64,000 nt of DNA, taken from NCBI GenBank assembly GCA_965248925.1, contig CBDFLE010000006.1, forward strand, positions 288,001 through 352,000. Reading direction: 5' to 3'. Made by a program: the position numbers and the translations under genes. Origin of the DNA: Candidatus Multivoradales bacterium (GTDB lineage Bacteria; Acidobacteriota; Thermoanaerobaculia; Multivoradales; J023). The notes below the pieces were generated by a model that worked only from the letters and a program-made list of their open reading frames with translations, had not been told where the DNA came from and made no database searches. This document shows positions 50,768 to 62,800 of the stretch, one piece after another. The stretch's first letter is position 1; each line of letters begins with the position of its first letter.

Positions 50768-50808
50768 TAACGGTCTCCTCTGTGAAAACCTTTCCTACCT
50801 GGAAGGCT

Positions 50809-53800
50809 TCATGGTGTAAATAAACGGTCCAAGATTTCGGCGAGCTGCGCTGCATGCTCGCCAAGCACGATCGATCTGTGGTCACCGTCGAGGGTGGTCA
50901 CCACCAACGGCCCGCCGATAACGCCCTTCCAGCCCAATTGCGCCGGTGGCCTCCCGTTACCCACCCGGAGACGGGCGCGCAGCAATTCGACTCGACCCCG
51001 GTACCGGGGAGGGCGATAACTTCGCGCCGCCCGTAAGTTGGCAAGTGCTACCCGATAGGGGCCCAGCAGACTCGCTCGATCACTTTCCAAACGGTTGGGG
51101 TCACGATCTTTGGCCAGCCGCCAGAGCTGGTCCAGAGGATCTCCAGAGCCATCCAATTGCAACTCGCCAAGGGGCAATCCGAGCTGCTCGGCCAGATGCT
51201 CCAACATCGACCCTTGCGGATCAGCGGACCGCCGCATCAGATTCGGTCGGTAGGTGTCAATCAGCACCAACTGACTGACTTTGCGCCGCCGCTGGCGCAA
51301 CAGCTCCGCCATTTCCAGGGCGATCAAGCCGCCCATCGACCAGCCAGCCAAGGCGTAGGGCCCCCGCGGCTGGATGGCCAAGATCGCCTCGAGATAAGTC
51401 GCCGCCATCTCTCGAACTTCCAGCAGCGGCTCGCACTCGCCGGTCAGACCGGCGCTCTGCAAGGCATAGACAGGCCGCTCAACCGTCAAGTGAGCCACCA
51501 GCTTGTCGTAAGCCAGAGCTAGCCCCTGGGCCTCGTGGACGAGGAAGATCGGCCGACCCCGACCGGTTTTGAGCGAGACCAGCGGCGTCGGCTTGTGCTC
51601 GCCGGAGAGGCGGAAAGAGCGGGCCAAGGCAGCCACCGTGCGATGCTTGAAAAGAGCCTGGATCGACAGCGAACGCCCGAGCCGTCGTTGGACCTCCGCG
51701 ACCCAACGAATGGCCAATAGGGAGTGCCCACCCAGGTCGAAAAAATCTCCGTCCCGGCTCAGCCCGCCGATGCCCAACAAGCGCTCGAAGATATTCGCCA
51801 GGGTCTGCTCCAAGGAACCTCGCGGCGCCTCGGCAGCGGGTTCGGTGGGGCGCAGTGATTGCACTTGGCGAGCGAGGCGCAGACGGTCGACCTTGCCATT
51901 GGCGGTCAGCGGGAACTCTTCGACCAGCCAGAACTTCGGCGGCACCATGTGAGCGGGCAGACGCTCGGCAAGGTAGGCGCGCAACTCTGTTTCCAACTGG
52001 TCGAGAGCCGTGGCTTGGACCCGTAAGTAGGCCACCAAGCGCGAGTCGCCAGCGACCTCTTCGACCTCCACCAACGCCTGGTGTACCTCCGGCCGAGCAC
52101 TGAGGACACTCTCGATTTCACCCACTTCAACCCGGAATCCTCGGATCTTGACCTGGCTGTCGAGCCGCCGCAGATAAGCCAGCTGACCGACCCTCGAAGA
52201 GACGGCCGAGCCGGGCTCCGGCGGCAACCAGCGGGCCAAGTCGCCGCTGCGGTACATCCGTGCCCCGCCACCCTCGACAAAGGGATCGGGGACGAACTTC
52301 GCGGCGGTCTGGCCGCTGCGCCGCAAATAGCCACGGGCTGGGCCGCGACCGGCGATGACCAACTCACCCGGCACTCCCAACGGCATCGGCAGCAGCTGTC
52401 GATCAAGGATGTAGATGCGCAAGTTGGCGATCGGCTCACCAATCGGTGGCGGCAGCTGGTCACCGGCCAACCAGCTGCTACTGTCCGCCGCGGCAGGCAG
52501 ATCGTGGGCGGTGACCACATGGGCCTCGGTCGGACCGTAGTGGTTGTGCAAAGTGCAGGACCGATGGGTGGAGAAAAACGCCGCCACATCCGGACTGATC
52601 TGTAGTGCTTCTCCAGCGGTGACAATTTGCCGCAGATCTCCCCCCTGACCTTGCCGCAGCAGGGTCCCCAACAGAGGGTCCAAAACCGAGAAGGGCAAGA
52701 AAAGACGCTCCACCCGCTGCTCGCCGATCCACCGCGCCAGAGCCTGCAAGTCCTGGCGGGTGCTCTGCTCCAGCAGCAGCAGCTCGCCACCGCAACTCAG
52801 GGTGACGAAAATCTCCTGAAAAGCGACGTCGAAGTTGAGCGAGGCAAACTGGGCGGTGCGCCAAGGCCGCGACAGCGAGGGGTGGCGCGCGTGCCAGTGC
52901 AACAAGTTGATCAGCGGTGCCTGCTGCATCACCACCCCTTTGGGGCGGCCGCTGGACCCCGAGGTGTAGAGCACATAGGCCGCCTGGTCAGCAGAGCAGA
53001 CCCACCGCGGCCGTCGGTGAGTCCCTTCCCCGGGCTGGTCGAGAGAGACGACGACCGGCCCACTCCCAGCCCGCTGCTCAAGCGGCAGCTCAGCGGCGGC
53101 TTGAGCACTGGCGAGAATCACTTCCAGGCCGGCATCCTCGAGCATGAAGGCCAGGCGATCAGCGGGATATTGAGGATCGAGGGGGAGATAGGCCGCACCA
53201 GCTTTGAGCACCGCCAGCACCGCGATGACCATCTGCGGTGAGCGCTCGACCGCCACCCCGATCAGGGTTTCCACTCCGACCCCGAGGCGGATCAGCTTGC
53301 CGGCCAAGCCGTTGGCCCGGCCATCGAGCTCGCCATAACTCAGCGTCGACTTGCGCCAGCGCAGGGCGACCCGATCCGGAGTGGCGGCAGCCTGCTCTTC
53401 GAACAGCCGCTGCACCCCCTCCCCAGCAGGGAATTCGCGGACCGTCTGATTGCAGACCTCAAGCACTTCGGCCCGCTCCCCGTCACTGAGCATCGGCAGC
53501 TCATCGGGCAAACTGGCCGGCGCCCGCAGCAGACCGCTCAGCAGGCGCAGCAGATGCTCCCCCAACCGCGCGACCATCGACCCTTCGCAGCGCCGCTGGT
53601 TCCAGGTCAGTCTGAATTGCAGCGTGGCGCCCATGCTGGCGCTGAGCAGCAGGGGATAGTGGGTCGGATCAGAGCCGGTGGTGGCGCCGAAAGTAAAGGG
53701 TAGAGAGCTCCCTTCAGCAGTCAAAGAAGCATCCACCGGATAATTCTCGAACACCATCAAGGTGTCGAAGAGAGGCACCCCACCGGGGAGAGAACTCTGC

Positions 53801-56800
53801 GCCTGAATCTCGTGTAGAGGCCAATATTGGCGGCCTTCACGGGCCAGCTGATGGTCGCGAAGCTGGTGCAAATGCCAGCCAAGGTCACGTCTCGGATCGA
53901 TGCGCAAACGCACCGGAACCGTATTAATAAACAGGCCGACCATGGTCTCCACACCGCTGATTTCGGCCGGCCGACCCGACACCGTGGTGCCGAACACCAC
54001 GTCGTCAGTGCTGCTGTAGCGAGCCAGCAAGAGGCCCCAAAGACCTTGGCAGACCAGATTGAAGGTCAGCCGTTGGCGGCGAACAAAACGCTCCAATTCC
54101 TCACCCTCGGCCGCTGGCAGGCTCAGCGTGAGAGTCTCCATGATCACCCCTGCGCCAACCTCCCCGGCCCCGCGCTCAGCATGCGCCGCCGGTAGCGGGG
54201 TGGGGGAGTCGAAGCCCAGCAAATAGTCCCGCCAGAACCGCTGATCGGCGCGGTGATCGCGGTTCTGGATCCAGCCGATGTAGTCGCGATAGGGCCTGAC
54301 CGGCGCCAGCTCTGCATTCCGGCCCTCCAACAGCGCCTGGTAGAGGGTCAAGATCTCCTGGAAGATCAGCGGCTTGGACCAACCATCCAACAGCAGATGA
54401 TGGTTGGTGAAGACCAAGACGTAGCGGCGCTGGGCCAGGCGGATCAAAGTCAAACGCAGCAGCGGCGCTCGCTCTAAGTCGATACCCCGAGCCCGATCGG
54501 CGGCCAGCCAGGCGGCCAATTCCTGCTCGTCCCGCGGCGCCTGATGCTCCGTCCCGTCGAGCAGAGTCCAGGGCAGGGGAACCTCGCCACTCACTGCTTG
54601 CAGGGGCTCTTGCTGGCCTCCCGCAATGATCGCCCCGCGCAGCGTGGCGTGGCGAGCGAAAACCTGCCGCCACGCCTGTTGCAGCATCGCCGGCTCGACC
54701 TCGCCCAACAGCTCGACACTCATCTGCACCAGATAAGCCGGACTAGAGCTTGCCAGCAGGCTGTGAAAAAACAAGCCCTGCTGCAGAGGGCTCAGCGGAA
54801 AGAGGTCCTCAAGTCCTGGTATCTGCTGCTCGATCTCCTCCAACCCGGCCTGACTGACCTCGGCCAGAGGGAAGTCGGCAGGGGTAAAGCCACCACTCTC
54901 CGGCAGCAGACAGTGGGCGATCAGCTGGCGCAAGGCAGCAGCAAAGCCCACGGCCAAACTTTGCATCGATGCCGGGTCAAAGCAGGGACCGTAGTAGAAA
55001 CTCATCTGCAGTCGCTCATCGATCACCATGCCGCTGATGTCGATCAAGTGCAACCGGCGACGCCGCGGATGCTGTTCTGGGCCGCGAGATTCCGCCGCTG
55101 GCCGCCACTCGCCGGCAGCGGTCTGAAAGCGCCCCAGGTAGTTGAACGACACCGCCGGTTGGGGCAGCTCCGCCAAAGCTGGCCCAGCCAGGGCGTGGAG
55201 GAACCGCAATGCGCCGTAGCCGAGACCCTTGTTGGGCACCGCCCGCAACTGCTCCTTGACCTTTTTGAGAGCCCGCCCGAGGTGGGTGGCACCCGCGTCA
55301 GCGGCACCCGCGTCAGCGTCCGCGTCAGCGTCCAGACGGAACGGAAAGACTGCCGTGAACCAACCACAAGTTGCCGCCAGATCCGGGCGCTCCCCCGCCA
55401 CCGCAAGCTCTTCCCGCCCATGCCCCTCCAGGCTGACCAGGAGATCGCCGCCCCGCCGCCCCGCCGCCCGCGCCCAACTGCCGAAGGCGCGAGCCAGGGC
55501 GCAGAGCAGCAGGTCGTTGATCTCAGTACGGTAGACCCTTGGCACTTCCGCCAGCAGCAGCCGCGTCTCCTCCGGCTCCAAAGACATGGTCACTCGCTGC
55601 GCCTGCGCCACCGTGCCAGCATCCGCCTTTACTCCGGCTGGCAAGAGCTCGAGCAGCCCCTCCGGCGACAACATCCGCTGCCAACTTTCGAGTTCTTGGC
55701 CCACCGACGCTTGCTCGGCGAAGCGTCGCAGGTGCAGCGCCCAGCCCTGATACGAAGTGGTCTTGAGCGGCCAGGCCGGCCGCCGGCCGGCGGCCAACGC
55801 CGCGTAAGCGGCTGGCAAGTCCTCGAGCAGGATCCGCCACGACACTCCGTCGACCGCCAAATGGTGAATCACCAACAACAGGCGAGCCGGTTGACCAGCA
55901 GCCCAACGGCAGAGAGCAGCACGCAGCAGAGGTGGCCGCGAGAGGTCAAAATCAGCCTGTACCTGCGCCGCCAGTCGGGCCAACTGCTGCTGCCGATCCC
56001 GCTCAGACAACCCCTGCAGGTCATAGACGGCGAGAACCTCAGAGGCGGGATCCACCTCGCCGTAGAACTGGTACCACCCGCCATCACGGTGCTCGAAGCG
56101 CAGTCGCAGAGCGTCGTGGTTCGAGACCAGCCCCCGCAGCGCACCAGCCAGGCAGGCAGTATCCAGAGTGGCGGGCACGACGAGCAGCACACTCTGGTTG
56201 TAATGCGAGTAGGGCCCCGGCTGAGTGAAGAAACGCTGCTGAATCGGCGTTAACTCCACCGCCCCCCGAGCCGGCCCTTGATCGATCTTGCGCCGGCCAT
56301 CATCGGTCGTGACCGGCCGCGCATGAGACGCCAGCAGGGCCACGGTCTGGTGCTGAAACAACTGCTGGGCGGTGACTACGAAACCTGCCTGACGGGCCCG
56401 TGACACCACTTGGATGGCGATGATGCTATCGCCGCCAATCTCGAAGAAATTGTCGTGAATCCCTACCGGCCGGCTATCATCACGACCCAACATCCGCCCC
56501 CAGATCTGGCACAGAGTGACCTCGGCGGGGGTGCACGGCGCGGCGTGGCCAGCCACCCCAGCGACGGCCAGCTCCGTCATGGAGTCGACCGCCGCTTGCT
56601 CGAGCAGGGCGCGGCGATCGACTTTGCCGCTGGCGGTCAGCGGCAGAGAGTCGAGGAAAATAGCCCGGCTGGGCAGCATGAACTCAGCCAGATCATCAGC
56701 CAAAAAGGCCCGCAATTCAGCGATTGGCCGCCTTGCTGTCACTGGCGTCAGGAAAGCGACCAACTGCCGTGAACGCCCCTGCTGGTGCAGCAGAACCAGC

Positions 56801-59800
56801 GCCCGATCGATCGTCGGATGCCGTTCGAGAGCGACCTCTATCTCCCCCAGCTCGATGCGATAGCCCCGCAGCTTGACCTGGAAGTCGATCCGGCCGAGGA
56901 AGTCGAGATCCCCATCCTCGCGCCAACGCACCAAATCACCGCTGCGATAGAGCCGGGCACCGCTTTCGGCAGCGGTGACAAAGGGGTCGGGAATAAACCG
57001 CTCGGCGCTCAGCCCCGGCCGACCGTGGTAGCCGCGAGCCACCCCGAGGCCACCGATTAACAGCTCGCCAGGAACCCCGACTGGGCACAGTTCGAGACCA
57101 CGACTCAGCACTCGCGCTCGGCAGCCGGCCAGCGGCCGGCCTAGGGGCAGATGGTCACCCCAAGCAGACTCGTCCTGGCTGCCAACCGGCGGATTCGCCG
57201 CCACCGCGAAGGTCAGCATGCCGACGGTGGCCTCGGTCGGCCCATAGTGGTTGAGCAGCCGCAAATCGGGCCGCAGAGCGCGCAGCTCTCGCACCCACGG
57301 GGAAGACGACGCTTCACCGCCGAGGATCAGCAGCCGCCGCGGCAAGATCCGCTCGGCCCGCTCGACACTGAGCAAGGCCCGCAAATGTGACGGCACCAGC
57401 TTGAGGCAATCCACCGGGTGGAGCTCCAGATAAGCGGCGAAGGCCTCCGGCTCGGCCAGGCGCTGCTCGGCGATGACATGCAGCCGTCCCCCCGAGATCA
57501 GAGCGCTCAGGGTCATGGTGATGCCGAGATCCACCGCCATCGTCGACACCAGCGCAAAGCAGGCCCCGGCCCCGAGTTCCATCCGCTCGCCGATCGCCCG
57601 CAGGTAGTTGTGGATCGCCCGCTGCGAGATCGTCACCCCTTTCGGCCGGCCGGTAGAGCCCGAGGTGTAGATCACATAGGCCGGATGGTCGGGAAGACTA
57701 AGCAGCGGCGGCGCACTACTTGGCTGCGCCGCCAAGTGCCGCTGTCGATCGAGGCAGATCAGCCGCTGCCCGGCGCCGGGTAGAAGCTCACGCAGGGCAC
57801 TGAGGGTGACCACCAGATCAGCCCCGGAGTCTTCCAACATGAAGCGCAAACGTGCCGCCGGGAAGTCCGCATCGAGGGGCAGGTAGGCACAGCCCGCCTC
57901 GAGGATGCCCAGGGTGGCGACAATCATCTCCAGACCACGCGGCATCAGCAGCGCCACCGGCCGTTCGCGAGTGACCCCCAGCTGTCGCAGTCGATGGGCC
58001 AACTGATAGGCCCGGCGAGCCAGTTCGGCATAGCTCAAGTGCTCGCCCTCGTAAACCACCGCCACTGCCTCACCCCGCTGCTCCACCGACTCGGCGAAGA
58101 GAGACTGCAAAAGGGCTGGCGCCGACCCGCGCCGGCTGCCACCCTCTCCTGCATGCAGCAACTGCGCCCGCTCGGCCGCTGCCAGTAGGGATAGATCGGC
58201 AACCCGCGCCGCCGGCTGGTCGGCGAAGCCACGCAGCAACTGGAGGTAGTGGCCGACCAGTCGTTCGATCATCGTCGGGGCGAATAGATCCGTGTTGTAG
58301 ACCAGACCACCGATCATCCCGCTGGCCGTTTCACCCATGTTCAGGGTGAGATCGAATTTGGCAACGGCGTGCGCTCGCCCCCAGGGGGTGACGGTGAGCC
58401 CCGGCAGCTCGACCTCCGTTTGCGGCGCGTTCTGCATCACGAACATCGCCTGGAACAAGGCCGAACGGCTAGTGTCGCGGGGCGGATTCAGCGCTTCGAC
58501 CAGCTTTTCGAAGGGCAGATCTTGGTGGGCGAAGGCACCAAGAGCGGTCTCCCTAGTCCTGGCGATGCGCTGCCCCACCGTGTCGTCGCCGACCCGCCGA
58601 TGGCGCAGCACCAGGGTGTTGACGAAGAAGCCAATCAGCGACTCGAGCTCGACAAAGCCGCGATTGGCCACCGGCGTCCCCAAGTTCACTTCCCGCACGC
58701 CGGCATAGCGCCCCAAAACCTCGGCGAAAACCGCCGACAGAAGCAGAAAAGGAGTGCTGCGAGTGTCTCGCGCCAATCGCTGTAAGGCCGCTGTCAACTC
58801 GGGATCGAGCTGGAAGTCGTGACGCGCGCCGCCGTGAGTACGCACCGCTGGCCGCGGCCCGATCGTCGGCAGATCGAGAGCTTGAGGCGCCCCCGCGAGC
58901 TGCTCCGACCAATAGTCCAACTGAGTTTGCAGAGCCTCGCCGCGCAGCCATTGGTGCTGCCAGATGGCGAAATCAGCATACTGAAGCGGCAGTCCGGCCA
59001 GCGGCGACTCGATTAACGCCTGCTCGGCTGGCGAGCTGAGCAATGCCGTATACAAGACTCGCAATTCACCGATCAAGAGGCTCATCGACCAACCGTCCGA
59101 GACGATGTGGTGCATGTTCACCAGCAGCAAGTGATCGCCCTCGGCGAGATGCAGCAGGGCAGCTCGGAAGAGCGGGCCGCATTCGAGATCGAAGAGCGAG
59201 AACGCGTCGCGGCGGCTCAGTCGCTCGGCCTCGGCCTGGGCATGGTCAGAGGCCAAGTGGGAAAGATCATGCAGCGGCAGGCTGAAAGGGCCTGGAGGAT
59301 CGATGATCTGTTGGGCCGCTCCATCTGTCTCCAGGAAGTGAGTGCGCAGGCTCTCGTGCCGGCGCACGATCTCGCCAAAAGTCGCGGCCAACGCCGCCAC
59401 CCGCAGCTCACCGCGCAGACGCAGCACACCGGGAACGTTGTAGGTCGCCGAGCCTCCCTCCAGCCGGTCGAGGATCCACAGCCGTTGCTGGGCAAATGAC
59501 AAAGGCAGCGGCCGCGAACGATCGGCCGGCCGCGGCGCGGCCAACGCGCCGCCCTGGTGCCGCAGAGTTAGCAGCAGCGCGGCCAGCTGGCGTACCGTCG
59601 GGCAGGCGAAAACCTGCCGCAGAGGCAGCTCGACGGCAAAGGTTTTGCGCACCGCGGCGGTCATCCGGGTCGCCGTCAGACTGTGGCCACCGAGGGCAAA
59701 GAAATCGGTCTCGACGCCTATTTCTTGCCCCTCCAGACCAAGAACTTCGGCCCAGATACCGCACAGCAGCTCCTCCTCGGTGGTTCGCGATAGCACCAAG

Positions 59801-62800
59801 GGGGCAGCGTCCCGAGCGACTTGCTGACTGAGCTGGGCGAGCACTGCGCGACGATCCACCTTGCCATTGGTGGTCAGCGGCAATTGATCGACAAAGACCA
59901 TCACCCGCGGCACCATGTAGTCAGGCAAACGCCGCCCCAGGAAATCGCTCAACTCGCTGACCGCGGGTCGCTCCGCCGCCGCCAGCAACGCCGCCAACAG
60001 CCGCGGGCCACTGGCCAAGGTCTCGATCACCACACAGGCATCACTGATTCGCTGATCGTCCAACAAGGCTGCCTCGATCTCTGCCAATTCGATCCTGAAG
60101 CCGCGGATCTTCACCTGCTGATCGATCCGGCCCCGAAATGCCAGATCGCCAGTGATCGACCAGGTCGCCAGATCACCCGTTCTATAGAGCCGCTCTCCGG
60201 GCTCCAGGGCGAAGGGATTGGGCACGAACTGCCGCGCGGTGAGCCCCGGGCGGCAGTGATAGCCCTGAGTCAGACTCTCCCCGGCCAGGCAGAGCTCCCC
60301 CGCCACCCGCGGTGGCAGCAGCCGCAAATTGCGATCCAACAAATAGACCCGCGTACCGTCGATCGGCCGGCCGATCGACGGTGGCCCGGTGCCAGTCGCC
60401 GATACTGTGCCAGCGGTCGCCACCACCGTGCTTTCGGTGGGTCCATAGGCATTGATCCAGCGAAACGGCAGCGCCTCGTCCGGCCGCCGCAGCAGTCGGT
60501 CGCCGCCGATCAACAGGTAGCGCAAGCTCTGTAGACGACTGAAACCCGCCGCCCGCGCCAGCGGTTCCACCAGCGGGGTGGGCAAGAAGACGGAGGTCAC
60601 CTGATGGCGAGCGAACAACCCCGGCAGCGAGTCCGGCCGCAGCAGATCGTCGCTCACCACCACCAAGGCGACGCCGGCACAGAGGTTGCTCCAGATCTCC
60701 CAGGTCGAAGCGTCAAAGGCCGGCCCGGCGATCAGCGTCGCTCGGGCCCCTGCTGCGACCGCAAAAGCGCGCTGGTGCCAGGCCACCAAACGGGCCAGAC
60801 CGTGGTGAGAAACCACCACCCCTTTGGGCCGACCGGTCGAGCCGGAGGTGTAGATCACATAAGCGTTGGCGCTGCTCGGCAGGCACCCATCGCCGCTACC
60901 CCGCTGCGTCCTCTGCGCCCTCTGCGCCCGCTCCCGCTCGATCTCAGGCCAAGCCCGATCGAGGAAGACCGGTAGCAGCGCCTCGGCTTCGTCCAGCACC
61001 GCAGCCGCCAGTCCGCCGCTGGTCAGCAGCACCTCGCAGCCGGCGTCTTGCAACATGAAGCGCAAGCGCTCCACCGGTGATTTTGGATCCAGCGGCACAT
61101 AGGCCGCCGCGGCTTTGACAATCCCCAGCAAGGCGATGATCAACTCGGTCGAACGCTCGAGGAGCACGGCGACACGGTCTCCGGGTGCTACCCCCAGGCC
61201 TTCCAGGTGGCGGGCCAGAAGGTCGCTACGCCGATCCAACTCGCCATAACTCAGCACCGCCCCGCCACAGACCACGGCAACAGCGTCCGGCCGGTGCTCG
61301 ACCTGCTGCCGGAAGAGGCCGTGGACCGGCAACGAGAAGCGCCACGGACTCGGCGGCGGATTGAAGTCCTCCAACACCTGGCGCCGCTCCGCCGCGCTCA
61401 GCATCGACAACTCATCGGGCAAACTGGCCGGCGCCCGCAGCAGACCGCTCAGCAGGCGCAGCAGATGCTCCCCCAACCGCGCGACCATCGACCCTTCGCA
61501 GCGCCGCTGGTTCCAGGTCAGTCTGAATTGCAGCGTGGCGCCCATGCTGGCGCTGAGCAGCAGGGGATAGTGGGTCGGATCAGAGCCGGTGGTGGCGCCG
61601 AAAGTAAAGGGTAGAGAGCTCCCTTCAGCAGTCAAAGAAGCATCCACCGGATAATTCTCGAACACCATCAAAGTGTCGAAGAGAGGCACCCCACCGGGGA
61701 GAGAACTCTGCGCCTGAATCTCGTGTAGAGGCCAATATTGGCGGCCTTCACGGGCCAGCTGATGGTCGCGAAGCTGGTGCAAATGCCAGCCAAGGTCACG
61801 TCTCGGATCGATGCGCAAACGCACCGGAACCGTATTAATAAACAGGCCGACCATGGTCTCGACACCGCTGATTTCGGCCGGCCGACCCGACACCGTGGTG
61901 CCGAACACCACGTCGTCGGTGCTGCTGTAGCGAGCCAGCAAGAGGCCCCAAAGACCTTGGCAGACCAGATTGAAGGTCAGCCGTTGGCGGCGAACAAAAC
62001 GCTCCAATTCCTCACCCTCGGCCGCTGGCAGGCTCAGCGTGAGAGTCTCCATGATCACCCCTGCGCCAACCTCCCCGGCCCCGCGCTCAGCATGCGCCGC
62101 CGGTAGCGGGGTGGGGGAGTCGAAGCCCAGCAAATAGTCCCGCCAGAACCGCTGATCGGCGCGGTGATCGCGGTTCTGGATCCAGCCGATGTAGTCGCGA
62201 TAGGGCCTGACCGGCGCCAGCTCTGCATTCCGGCCCTCCAACAGCGCCTGGTAGAGGGTCAAGATCTCCTGGAAGATCAGCGGCTTGGACCAACCATCCA
62301 ACAGCAGATGATGGTTGGTGAAGACCAAGACGTAGCGGCGCTGGGCCAGGCGGATCAAAGTCAAACGCAGCAGCGGCGCTCGCTCTAAATCGATACCCCG
62401 AGCCCGATCGGCGGCCAGCCAGGCGGCCAACTCCTGCTCGTCCCGCGGCGCCTGATGCTCCGTCCCGTCGAGCAGGGTCCAGGGCAGGGGAACCTCGCCA
62501 CTCACCGCTTGCAGGGGCTCTTGCTGGCCACCCGCGATGATCGCCCCGCGCAGCGTGGCGTGGCGAGCGAAAACCTGCCGCCACGCCTGTTGCAGCATCG
62601 CCGGCTCGACCTCGCCCAACAGCTCGACACTCATCTGCACCAGATAAGCCGGACTAGAACTTGCCAGCAGGCTGTGAAAAAGCAAGCCCTGCTGCAGCGG
62701 GCTCAGCGAAAAGAGATCCTCAAGTCCTGGTATCTGCTGCTCGATCTCCTCCAACCCGGCCTGACTGACCTCGGCCAGGGGGAAGTCGGCAGGGGTAAAG

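Noticed and set aside
55285-55335. Short tandem repeats GCGTCAGCG (also near 63200)
   Set aside because: They encode a DADADAGAADAGA linker in the NRPS E domain and have no spacers.
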